From Microcystis aeruginosa NIES-843 (GTDB lineage: Bacteria > Cyanobacteriota > Cyanobacteriia > Cyanobacteriales > Microcystaceae): a stretch of DNA of 32,000 nucleotides. The DNA lies in contig NC_010296.1 in assembly GCF_000010625.1 (NCBI RefSeq), forward strand, positions 5,160,001-5,192,000, written 5' to 3'. Shown piece after piece: positions 14,186 through 22,526 of the stretch. The notes below the pieces were generated by a model. The model was not told the origin of the DNA. It ran no database searches and saw only the letters and a program-made list of their open reading frames with translations. Positions within the stretch are counted from its first letter, which is position 1. Each line of letters begins with the position of its first letter. The position numbers and the translations under genes were made by a program.

Positions 14186-14241
14186 CCGGTTTTTTCTGAC
14201 CATGGTTGGGGAATTTCTTAAGAAATAGAGGAGAACCAATC

Positions 14242-14562
14242 GTGAAAAGACTATTAATTTCCCTGTGCTTGCTCTTGGCTGTGGTTACTTTCGGTATGGC
14301 TCGTCCCGCTTTAGCTGATGGGGCTTCGATTTTCAGTGCTAACTGCGCTTCCTGCCACATGGGCGGTAAAAACGTGGTTAATGCCGCTAAAACCCTGAAA
14401 AAAGAAGATTTAGTTAAATACGGCAAAGATTCCGTTGAAGCTATCGTTACCCAAGTTACCAAAGGTATGGGGGCGATGCCGGCTTTCGGTGGTCGTCTCA
14501 GCGCTGAAGATATCGAAGCTGTAGCTAACTATGTCCTCGCTCAAGCGGAAAAAGGCTGGTAA
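14242..14562 (+). CDS. petJ: Cytochrome c6 precursor
   Basis: The product starts [25 protein letters not shown], then [20 protein letters not shown] (CxxCH haem motif) ... MPAF ... The GTG at 14242 is preceded by GGAG about 8 nt upstream. The track's TTG at 14206 would add 12 unlikely residues. Confidence 0.9.
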   Translation: MKRLLISLCLLLAVVTFGMARPALADGASIFSANCASCHMGGKNVVNAAKTLKKEDLVKYGKDSVEAIVTQVTKGMGAMPAFGGRLSAEDIEAVANYVLAQAEKGW

Positions 14563-14678
14563 AAATTAGTTATCGGTGGCGAGTTATCCGTTGTCAGTCT
14601 GGTAAGAATTGTAGCGATCGAAATTCTTGGGTCAATTGCTGGCTTAAAATAGCTAATGGTTCATCTCGGGACAAGGTT

Positions 14679-16358
14679 GTGAAATTGCGATCGTTTTTCT
14701 ATATTTTAGGTGCGACGGTAATCATTCTCCTAGGAGTCGCTACAGCCAGTTTTGCTTGGATTCTCGCCGATAGTCCTCTGTCTTTGCTCAAAGGTGGGGT
14801 GCTGCGGGAACCGATGGCGGCGATTTTTGTGCCGAAACAGGCCCCGGTTATGGTATCCTTGTTGGTCAATCCCGAACGTTTAGAGTCTTTTGGTCAATTA
14901 ATCGCTACACCGGCTAATCGACGACGTTCCCACCAACAAATTAAAGATTTAGAAAAAAGTCTGCTCGGTAAAACGGGATTAAATTATCAAAAGGAAATCA
15001 AACCCTGGTTAGGGGAGGAAATTACTCTCGCTGTTACTTCCCTAGATTTCGATCGCGATACCGATAATGGTATCCAACCGGGTTATCTTTTGGCAATTCA
15101 AAGTAAAGATGGTGAACGCGCTAAGGAATTTCTGCAAGCTTCCTACTCGAAACAGGCGGTTTCGGGCAAATTTGACCTCGTTTTTGAACTCTACAAGGGA
15201 GTTAACCTCATTTATCAACGTCCCTTGACCGCAGGAGATAATAATCGTTTTCTCGCTAGTGCCGTCGTCGGTGATACGGTGCTTTTTGCCAATAATATCA
15301 AGGTTTTGCGCGAGGCACTTAATAACGTGCAAGTACCGGATTTAAACCTAAAAAATAGCCCTGATTACCGAGAAGCCCTCAAAAATATCACCGAACCGCG
15401 TATAGCTATAGTTTACGGCAATTTACCTCCGTTATCGGCTTGGATCGCTAATCAACCCGTCCCGGAGAGTCCCGAAGCAAAACAACGATTAGCCACGGCT
15501 TTTTCCCTCAAATCCGGCGGAATAGTCGCTCAAACCGCCTTAATTGGAGTCTTAGGACAGGATGACCAAGCACCAATTTTATCTAGTCCCGTGGGAGCAT
15601 TATCTTTTATCGGCGAAAATAGCCTTTTAGTCGCCGCTAGTCGCGATTTAAATCGTTTTTGGACTCAGGTAGAGGAGGGGTTAGAAGCAGATAGTCCCCT
15701 ACAGGAATTAATAACACAGGTCTTAAACCGCTTCCAGTCGCCTTTAGGTTTAAATTTGCCTGAAGACATTTTTAGCTGGGTTAGAGGCGAATATAGCCTC
15801 GCTCTCGTGCCTAGTTCAAAGGGGATGGAACCCGATAGTGTTTTTGTAGGGGAACGGGTGATGGGGGTAGAGGTGGACAGTGCGATCGAGCATTTGGATG
15901 AGTTGGCCCGCAGTCGCGGCTATAATGTGGTTAATCTGCCTTTACTCGATCGAACGGTGACAGCTTGGACAAAGTTAACCACGGCGGTCCCGGGGGGAAA
16001 AGCGCAACTAGAGACGATCGTGACGGGAGTGCATACTAGGGTCGATAATTATGAAATTATCGCTAGTTCTGTGGAAGCGATGGGTTTAGCTTTATCTGCA
16101 CAGAAAAACCCCATCTTAAGTAGTGGTAAGTTTCGACAGGCAATTACTGCTCTACCCGCAGAAAATGATGGTTATTTTTACGTCGATTGGCGACAATTGC
16201 AACCAGTAATCGAGGCAAAATTTCCGATCGTGCGGGTGTTAGAATTGTCGATTAAGCCTTTATTTAATAATCTGCGTTCTCTTACTATTAGCAGCCAAGG
16301 TAGCGAAAATTCTGTGCGTCGGGGAACGATTTTCTTTAACTTGGGAGTGAAGTCTTAA
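14679..16358 (+). CDS. Conserved cyanobacterial membrane-anchored protein (DUF3352-like)
   Basis: The 559-aa product uses a GTG start and has an N-terminal TM helix (FFYILGATVIILLGVATASFAWIL). Codon usage and GC are core-like. The family name is from memory only. Confidence 0.55.
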   Translation: MKLRSFFYILGATVIILLGVATASFAWILADSPLSLLKGGVLREPMAAIFVPKQAPVMVSLLVNPERLESFGQLIATPANRRRSHQQIKDLEKSLLGKTGLNYQKEIKPWLGEEITLAVTSLDFDRDTDNGIQPGYLLAIQSKDGERAKEFLQASYSKQAVSGKFDLVFELYKGVNLIYQRPLTAGDNNRFLASAVVGDTVLFANNIKVLREALNNVQVPDLNLKNSPDYREALKNITEPRIAIVYGNLPPLSAWIANQPVPESPEAKQRLATAFSLKSGGIVAQTALIGVLGQDDQAPILSSPVGALSFIGENSLLVAASRDLNRFWTQVEEGLEADSPLQELITQVLNRFQSPLGLNLPEDIFSWVRGEYSLALVPSSKGMEPDSVFVGERVMGVEVDSAIEHLDELARSRGYNVVNLPLLDRTVTAWTKLTTAVPGGKAQLETIVTGVHTRVDNYEIIASSVEAMGLALSAQKNPILSSGKFRQAITALPAENDGYFYVDWRQLQPVIEAKFPIVRVLELSIKPLFNNLRSLTISSQGSENSVRRGTIFFNLGVKS

Positions 16359-16359
16359 T

Positions 16360-16387
16360 CAGTTATCAGTTATCAGTTATCAGATAG
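16360..16387. repeat. Heptamer STRR (CAGTTAT x3 + CAGATAG)
   Basis: The array is read directly and starts 2 nt after the stop of 14679..16358. Confidence 0.85.
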
Positions 16388-16598
16388 AAGCTTGTAGGTT
16401 TGGTTGAGCGATTTAATACTTAGGAGAAATTTGACAGCTTGTAGGTTGGGTTGAGCGCTTTAATACTTAGGGGAAACCTGCTCGATTCAATGGTTTGAGC
16501 GAAACCCAACATTCTTGACGACATTGGTGTGGTTGGGTTTCCCTCAAGCGTCGCTAATATTTGACAGACAAAAGTTATTATTGCTCAAGTCAACCTAC
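16388..16598. mobile_element. MITE-like composite repeat with GTAGGTTGGGTTGAGC termini
   Basis: Two tandem ~48-bp units begin agcttgtaggt(t)tgg(g)ttgagcg (16388 and 16436). A ~100-bp module follows, with an internal 10-bp stem GAAACCCAAC-N20-GTTGGGTTTC, ending in the inverted terminus gctcaagtcaacctac. Confidence 0.55.
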
Positions 16599-16683
16599 GG
16601 TTAGTATGTTAAAGTGCATAACAAGTATGGAAAAGCCAAATTATTTTGGATGAGCTTGCAAAATTCGCTTTACTGTTTAAACC

Positions 16684-16932
16684 ATGACTACTATCACAAT
16701 TGTTCCAGAATTTGCTGGAAAAACCTTGACATATAAAGCAATTTGTGGCAACCAAGAAACAAGTGGTTTGACTCCAGGTCAAGCACTGGATCTTATGGAA
16801 ACAAGTTTAATTGCTGAAGGTGAAAATATGGGTGAGACATTAGTGATTTTACAGCGTTTCCGTCCTGATAATTTATTCAGCAAACAGCAACAAGAACGTT
16901 TACAAGAACTGATGGAAGAATTTCATCAATAA
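16684..16932 (+). CDS. Small hypothetical protein, probably C-terminally truncated
   Basis: The 82-aa product contains ...TPGQALDLMETSL...LVILQRFRPDNLFSKQQQERLQELMEEFHQ*. As I recall, homologues in other cyanobacteria continue past this point. The stop lies in the overlap with a converging ORF. Confidence 0.45.
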   Translation: MTTITIVPEFAGKTLTYKAICGNQETSGLTPGQALDLMETSLIAEGENMGETLVILQRFRPDNLFSKQQQERLQELMEEFHQ

Positions 16933-17360
16933 TACATTGTTCCTTGGTTTGACCACCATTCTATTTCTGTCTCTTTCTTCTCGTTCTTCTCGTTCTTCTC
17001 TTTCTCTTTCTTCTATGTATCTTTCTTCTCGTTCTTTTCTTTCTCGGATGGCTTCTATACGCTGTTCAGCTAGTTTTTTAAACTGAGGAAACATGGTGAC
17101 AAGTTTTTTAAGTTCATCTAATTCGTATTTTTTTGATGTACTATTAACAAGGTAAGAAACATTCTTATCAAATACATCTTTAAACTCAGGCAAAGTAGCA
17201 AGAAACTCTTCGCCAACCGAAAATCTGGGTACTTATCTAGTAGTATCCTAACATCGGCAACAGATAAACCTCCGTCAATCATCTGTAACCATTGCTGGCG
17301 AACAGAATTTCGTTGGACAGGATCAGTAATGTGGTCAAAACAGTTATCGTAGTATGACAT
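16900..17360 (-). pseudogene. Hypothetical gene split by a frameshift, with an ER-rich low-complexity tail
   Basis: Track ORFs 17118..17360 (MSYYDNCFDHITDPVQRNSVRQQW...LLDKYPDF) and 16900..17193 (..VGEEFLATLPEFKDVFDKNV...EREREEREEREERDR) join if one base is corrected near 17225-17235. Confidence 0.45.
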
Positions 17361-17533
17361 ATTTTTTCCTCCGAATCACTTATAATCTCATTTTAACCGT
17401 TCCGGATCCGTTATCAAGTAGCCAGTGGTATTGATTCTGTGGGAGGACTCTCCTGGGGTAGTATAAATGTAGAGGGAGAAACATTACCTCTCCAGACGCG
17501 AATCGCCGAGGGTCATCAATTCCCAGCTTGTAG

Positions 17534-17636
17534 TGGATTGTTTCAGCTAAAATAGGGCAATAGATTTCGGCTTAAAGTCTTAGATTATAGAATTTATAGC
17601 ATTTTTCTAATACACCAAATTAGCTGAAACAATCCA
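17534..17636. repeat. Inverted repeat pair (17-bp perfect arms, 69-nt spacer)
   Basis: tggattgtttcagctaa (17534-17550) pairs with ttagctgaaacaatcca (17620-17636). It is followed by the 9-bp-stem hairpin ggtgcgtta-gcgttagcg-taacgcacc at 17641-17667. Confidence 0.6.
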
Positions 17637-17678
17637 GTAGGGTGCGTTAGCGTTAGCGTAACGCACCAATCCCAGTTA

Positions 17679-17776
17679 GAAACCCAACATTCTTGACGAC
17701 ATTGGTGTGGTTGGGTTTCGCTCAAGCGTCGCTAATATTTGACAGACAAGAGTTATTATTGCTCAACCCAACCTAC
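17679..17776. repeat. Second copy of the ~98-bp module of the 16388..16598 element
   Basis: Positions 17679-17776 match 16501-16598 with about 5 differences. Both are in the same orientation, so they form direct repeats flanking 16599-17678. Confidence 0.85.
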
Positions 17777-17793
17777 TGCTGTTGATAACTTGT

Positions 17794-18174
17794 TTATAGC
17801 GGTTCTCGCATCTGTGCGGCACACTTAAACCTTTGCTGATTAAGCTGTTCAGGATCGGGAATGTACCTCTTGTGAATCAGAAACGCTATAATTTGTTGTG
17901 CTAGGGTTTGGATTTCTTGGGCAAAATTGGTGTCTTTGAGCATTTCTACCTGTAAAAAAGGAACCACTTGCTGTTCAATCATCGCCTCGGATTTGGTTTG
18001 TTCTGCTGCCGCTAAAACCTGAGCGGCGGCGGGTTCCTTTTGTAACTTTTGCTTAATTTTTTTGCACAATTCTACACCTTTATCCATTGCTCCTTCCGTT
18101 AATTTACCGATAACAGCTTCAAAGGCGATTTTAGCGATTTCGGCGGCGGCTAATTCGGCTAACATAATTATCAA
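17794..18174 (-). CDS. Hypothetical alpha-helical protein, possibly an orphaned N-terminal domain
   Basis: The 126-aa product starts MLAELAAAEIAKIAFEAVIGKLTEGAMDKG... and is predicted helical. Its last ~30 codons approach the repeat ending at 17776, so the C-terminus may not be native. Confidence 0.4.
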   Translation of the reverse strand: MIIMLAELAAAEIAKIAFEAVIGKLTEGAMDKGVELCKKIKQKLQKEPAAAQVLAAAEQTKSEAMIEQQVVPFLQVEMLKDTNFAQEIQTLAQQIIAFLIHKRYIPDPEQLNQQRFKCAAQMREPL

Positions 18175-18260
18175 TCGGGGTAATTTTTCGCCATTCTAGC
18201 ACAACTATTTGGGGATGAAAGCAGGAAACTCAATCACTGATGTTGTCGGGAATCACCGTT

Positions 18261-18431
18261 CCCTTGATCCCCCCTTAATCCTAGGGTTAATTCATAGTAA
18301 GCTTAGACGCATTTAAGTTTCCTACTCGTATCCCTATCTACAAGGCGTTCCAGGATATTAAAGTGCAATGTAAGTGCGTCTAAGCTTAGGGTTGATTCAT
18401 GAATCAACCCTACCCTTGATAAGGGGGGAAA
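18261..18431. repeat. Nested-palindrome MITE-like element
   Basis: The outer arms are cccttgatCCCCCCTTA... and ...cccttgatAAGGGGGG. The inner arms are TAAGCTTAGACGC and GCGTCTAAGCTTA. There is also a perfect 24-bp palindrome, agggttgattcatgaatcaaccct. Confidence 0.6.
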
Positions 18432-18460
18432 TCTGATAATTTTTAACGCCTACCTACTTA

Positions 18461-18685
<225 letters not shown>

Positions 18686-19009
18686 TACTTATTCCGATAA
18701 ATCGACTAAAAACGTTACAGATAAGGATTTGAGAGAATGAAACGATCCTAGTGTTCATTCCATGAGATTGTCGGCTATGCTTAAGAATTAAGACGATCAC
18801 CTTCTTGTCGATGAGAAGCACGGCATAACTCAGCCGTTAGCTGGACTAAAAAGCCATCGCGATCGAGTTCCGCCTATTTCCCGTCCCGAAGTTATTAATG
18901 AGAGTAGATGAATTCGGAAACTTGAAGGCATAACTGCTTACATAGTATTCTTAGGTAGAAGAATAATACCAAATAATTTTTCGACGCAAAAAAATAAAAT
19001 TCAGGAAAG

Positions 19010-19595
19010 ATGACTGCTCAATCTCTGTGGAAACCCCAAAAAGTTCACGTAAACCTACTAAGCCGCGTATCTGTGCTTCCCACATCATTAACTTGGTTTC
19101 AGACAAACTTTACTGGAATTTGGTTTGGCTGTTTCGAGTCTGACCATGAAATCCAGGATCATCCAGTAACAATGCTGACTCGATTCTATCCCGGTGGTTT
19201 TTTTCCGCTGCATGGACATCCCGGTGGTGAAGAGATTTTGGTGCTTGAAGGCAATTTTGCAGATGAAACAGGGGTGCATCCACCGGGTACTTATATGCTT
19301 AACCCCGAAGGCTTTATCCATCGCCCCTATAGTGAGGAAGGATGCCTGACTTTTGTTAAATTGCGGCAACATGGTGGTAAAACTCGCCAACAAGTGAGAA
19401 TCAACATTTTTAATGGCTCCTGGCAAGCAGGTATAGTGCCTGAAATTAAGGTTCAACACCTCTACGAGCAAGCAGATTTCTCAGAAAAAGTCTGGATTGA
19501 GCGTTGGCTGCCCAACACTCAGTTGGTGAATGTTGTCGAAACTGAGATTAAAGAAATCTTTGTCATTGAAGGTACCTGGAGTGATGAGTTAGGTA
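19010..19595 (+). pseudogene. ChrR-like bicupin protein, 5' part (interrupted by IS)
   Basis: The cupin motif FFPLHGHPGGEEILVLEGNFADE...GTYMLNPEGFIHRPYSEEGC is present. The frame reads into the IS terminal repeat, giving an artificial ...ELGRVC* end. Confidence 0.7.
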
Positions 19596-21277
19596 GGGTT
19601 TGCTGAATAAATCTAAAAACCTTACAGGAAAGGGCTTTTAGCTTGATTGAGAGCTTCCCAAATGCACTTAAATCTGCTAGAATCTCTTAAAACCCTTGCA
19701 TCACCCTTGCATCTTCTCTAATTAGTGCTAATGTACCGTAAAAGCGAGTTACCCTCAACCCCACCAGAAAACTTCGAGCTGCCCTTTGAGGGGAAATTAT
19801 CCCAAGATAATCGTTGGGTAATTATGGCCAACCTCATTCCCTGGTCAGAATTTGAAGCGGAATACGCATCACTTTTTTCAGAAGAAATGGGCGCACCCGC
19901 CAAAACATTTAGGACAGCACTAGGAGCATTAATTATTAAAGAAAAATTAGGAACAAGCGATAGAGAAACGGTAGAACAAATCAAGGAAAATCCTTATTTA
20001 CAATACTTCTTGGGGTTTTCAGCCTACAGCAATGAACCCCAGTTTGAAGCGTCAATGTTGGTTCACTTTCGAGAAAGAATCACTCGGGAACTAATTAATA
20101 AAGTGAATCGCTTTATGGTCAAAAATTCGAGAGAAATAAAAGAAGAAGAAAACACCGAAAAAAAGTTAGAGAGCGAAACCCAAAGTCAACCAGAAAATCG
20201 AGGTAAATTAATTTTAGATGCCAGTTGTGCGCCCGCAGATATTAGTTATCCTACGGATTTAAACCTGTTAAATCAAGGAAGAAAACAAACCGAAAAAATT
20301 ATTGATATTCTCTATGAAACTATAAAAGGAAAACTTGTTCAAAAACCGAGAACCTATCGTCTCCTGGCCAGAAAAAGTTATTTAGAAGTAGCAAAAAAAA
20401 GAAAACCTACCGTCAAACAAAGACGAAAAGCTCTAAAAAGACAACTGCAATATCTGAAAAGAAATCTCGACCATATTGAACAACTTTTAGCAGAAGGAGC
20501 CTCTCTACAAAGCTTGAAAAAAAGAGACTATAAACTGTTATTAGTAGTCACAGAAGTTTATCGCCAACAACTCTGGATGTACCAAAATAACAAACAGAGT
20601 ATTGAAGACAGAATTGTCAGCTTAACTCAACCCCACATCCGTCCGATAGTCAGAGGAAAAGCTGGAAAACCCGTAGAATTTGGGGCCAAATTCTCAGCAA
20701 GCTGTATAGATGGTTACATATTTTTAGACCGGATTAGTTGGGATAACTTTAATGAATCGGGAGATTTAAAAGCACAAATAGAAGCTTATTATGACTATAC
20801 AGGATACTATCCAGAATCAGTTCATGTGGACAAAATTTATCGAACCAGAGAAAACCGAGCTTGGTGTAAAGAAAGGGGAATCAGAATCAGTGGTCCCCCA
20901 TTAGGAAGACCAGCCAAAAATGTTAGTAAAGAACAAAAGAAACAAGCTACTGATGATGAGAGGATTCGGAATTGTATAGAGGGCAAATTTGGACAAGGGA
21001 AAAGAAGATTTAGCTTAGGTAAAGTGATGGCTAAACTTCCTCATACTTCCTTTTCAGCGATTGCTATTACTTTTTTAGTCATGAATCTTTCTAACCTGTT
21101 GAGGCAGGTTTTTTGGGCTTTTTTATGTCTGAAATGGAAAAACAGCACTTTTTCTCGGTCAATGATTAGGATAAGTTATAATTTAAAAATTAATCAACAA
21201 CTAAAGCTTATGCTTGTAGCTAAGTGAAATCATTGATTAAGAGACCTGTACTTTTCAATGACTTTTTCAGCAAACCC
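19596..21277. mobile_element. IS5-family insertion sequence (1682 bp)
   Basis: The terminal inverted repeats are GGGTTTGCTGAA(T/A)AA at both ends. The direct repeat TAGGTA flanks it (19590-19595 and 21278-21283). It holds a single 500-aa transposase ORF. Removing the IS plus one repeat restores the cupin reading frame. Confidence 0.85.
19725..21227 (+). CDS. IS5/IS1182-type DDE transposase
   Basis: The N-terminus (RWVIMANLIPWSEFEAEY...GAPAKTFRTALGALIIKEKLGTSDRETVEQIKENPYLQYFLGF) matches the InsH-type transposase N-domain. The C-terminus carries VHVDKIYRTRENRAWCKERGIRISGPPLGRP and NCIEGKFGQGKRRF. Confidence 0.85.
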   Translation: MLMYRKSELPSTPPENFELPFEGKLSQDNRWVIMANLIPWSEFEAEYASLFSEEMGAPAKTFRTALGALIIKEKLGTSDRETVEQIKENPYLQYFLGFSAYSNEPQFEASMLVHFRERITRELINKVNRFMVKNSREIKEEENTEKKLESETQSQPENRGKLILDASCAPADISYPTDLNLLNQGRKQTEKIIDILYETIKGKLVQKPRTYRLLARKSYLEVAKKRKPTVKQRRKALKRQLQYLKRNLDHIEQLLAEGASLQSLKKRDYKLLLVVTEVYRQQLWMYQNNKQSIEDRIVSLTQPHIRPIVRGKAGKPVEFGAKFSASCIDGYIFLDRISWDNFNESGDLKAQIEAYYDYTGYYPESVHVDKIYRTRENRAWCKERGIRISGPPLGRPAKNVSKEQKKQATDDERIRNCIEGKFGQGKRRFSLGKVMAKLPHTSFSAIAITFLVMNLSNLLRQVFWAFLCLKWKNSTFSRSMIRISYNLKINQQLKLMLVAK

Positions 21278-21283
21278 TAGGTA

Positions 21284-21441
21284 GTTATCCAGTAGGCAGT
21301 TGGCTAAGATACCCCCCCAATTGCCCCTACAGTCCTTCCTCAACAACAGGTTGTCTCATTTACGTTAAAACCTATCCTGTTACTGATACAACCGCCAGAT
21401 TTGTGGTGGGTGATGATTTCCAACATCCTCAAACAATCTGA
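21284..21441 (+). pseudogene. ChrR-like bicupin protein, 3' part
   Basis: Joined to 19595, the frame continues ...SDELG-SYPVGSWLRYPPNCPYSPSSTTGCLIYVKTYPVTDTTARFVVGDDFQHPQTI*, which is a second cupin barrel. Confidence 0.7.
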
Positions 21442-21480
21442 AGCAACCATACTATGGGATTGAGGGTAGGACGTAGAGTT

Positions 21481-21508
21481 AAAAAAGACAGGCAGGGAGC
21501 CTGTCTAG
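21481..21508 (-). terminator. Probable intrinsic terminator of 21530..22468
   Basis: On the minus strand it reads AGACAGGC-tccct-GCCTGTCT followed by tttttt. It lies ~22 nt past the stop. Confidence 0.65.
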
Positions 21509-21529
21509 AAAACCAAACAAATTTATCTA

Positions 21530-22468
21530 TCAGTTGGCCACAAATAGGGAGTTTTTTGCGTCAAATTTCCAAGCAATACCATCGGGATCTCTGATGCGAC
21601 TCCAATCGGCGAATTCTGTTTCGGATTTATTTTTCTTGTTTCTACCCAAAACGGCCGGAGTAACTCCTAAACGTTTAGCCAAATCCGCCAAACTCATCGA
21701 TGAGATGGTTTCAGATACAGAGGTTAGGGATTCTTCCCTAACTTCTGATTCTGACTGGAACAAAGAACTGGCAGAACTGTTTAAACTAGGATTAATTATC
21801 TCCTCCGGTTCTTGAATTACCGTTTCTTGAACAGAGATTGCTGCAGTATTTTCTTCCTCTTTTTCCTCAAATAATTTACCTAAATTAGTCAGAGATTGGG
21901 AGGAGGAAATAACAGGAACCTCCGAGACAGAATTTTCGCTTTTCTCGGCGACAATCAGGGGGGATTTAGCCTCCTGCGATGGCTCTAAATTGGTCAGGGG
22001 AGATCTCGAGGCAGTAATCGCAGGAACTTGTTTTTCCCCTATTTCTTCTAAAGAGGGGTCACTCTCATCAAAAATACTACCCAGGGTACTGGCGGTGATA
22101 AAGTAATAGGCCATACCCTTATCGCCTACAGCTTTTTTTTGCGCTCCAAATTCCTCAGCTTTTCTGTCTAAAAATTGTCTGGCTAATTTGGCCGTGAGAT
22201 TGGCTTTTGCCGATAGGTCAATCGGGGTGAGACAACCTTGATTGTCCTGTAAAAGTTGATTGAAATAGGGGTTAATCACCATCGATAATTTTGACCAGCG
22301 ATAGTCTTGCCACACCTTGACTGCCAGAGTTAAGAGGAAGACAAGTAGGATCAATGGCCAAGCGGTAAAAAGAAGGATGATTAGCACCGCTAGGGGGATG
22401 ATGAGGACGAGAAACCCCGCCGTTTGACGATCGATAATTTTTCCAGTCATAATTTCATAAGCTGCCAC
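21530..22468 (-). CDS. Hypothetical membrane protein with acidic/Ser-rich linker
   Basis: The 312-aa product has two N-terminal TM helices (GFLVLIIPLAVLIILLFTAWPLILLVFLLTLAV), a low-complexity middle, and a conserved-looking C-terminus DWSRIRDPDGIAWKFDAKNSLF. Composition is core-like. Confidence 0.6.
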   Translation of the reverse strand: MAAYEIMTGKIIDRQTAGFLVLIIPLAVLIILLFTAWPLILLVFLLTLAVKVWQDYRWSKLSMVINPYFNQLLQDNQGCLTPIDLSAKANLTAKLARQFLDRKAEEFGAQKKAVGDKGMAYYFITASTLGSIFDESDPSLEEIGEKQVPAITASRSPLTNLEPSQEAKSPLIVAEKSENSVSEVPVISSSQSLTNLGKLFEEKEEENTAAISVQETVIQEPEEIINPSLNSSASSLFQSESEVREESLTSVSETISSMSLADLAKRLGVTPAVLGRNKKNKSETEFADWSRIRDPDGIAWKFDAKNSLFVAN

Positions 22469-22526
22469 AATTAAAATTCTTAATGGCTAGTTTGACTATC
22501 TCCTGCCATAAGTGTATATGACCAGT

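Noticed and set aside
14206-14241. TTG start at 14206 for petJ as given in the ORF track
   Set aside because: It would add [12 protein letters not shown] before the signal peptide. The GTG at 14242 has a GGAG about 8 nt upstream and gives a canonical signal peptide MKRLLISL.... In addition, 14154-14185 looks regulatory rather than coding.
13754-14462. ORFs 13754..14080 (+) and 14148..14462 (-)
   Set aside because: They are antisense to petE and petJ respectively, and both real genes are unambiguous.
18700-19009. Possible gene fragment (frame ...KHGITQPLAGLKSHRDRVPPISRPEVINESR*) upstream of the cupin gene
   Set aside because: It is short and lacks a start, and I could not match it to any family by eye.
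19088-19984. ORFs 19088..19471 (-) and 19718..19984 (-)
   Set aside because: They are antisense to the cupin gene and to the transposase 5' end respectively.
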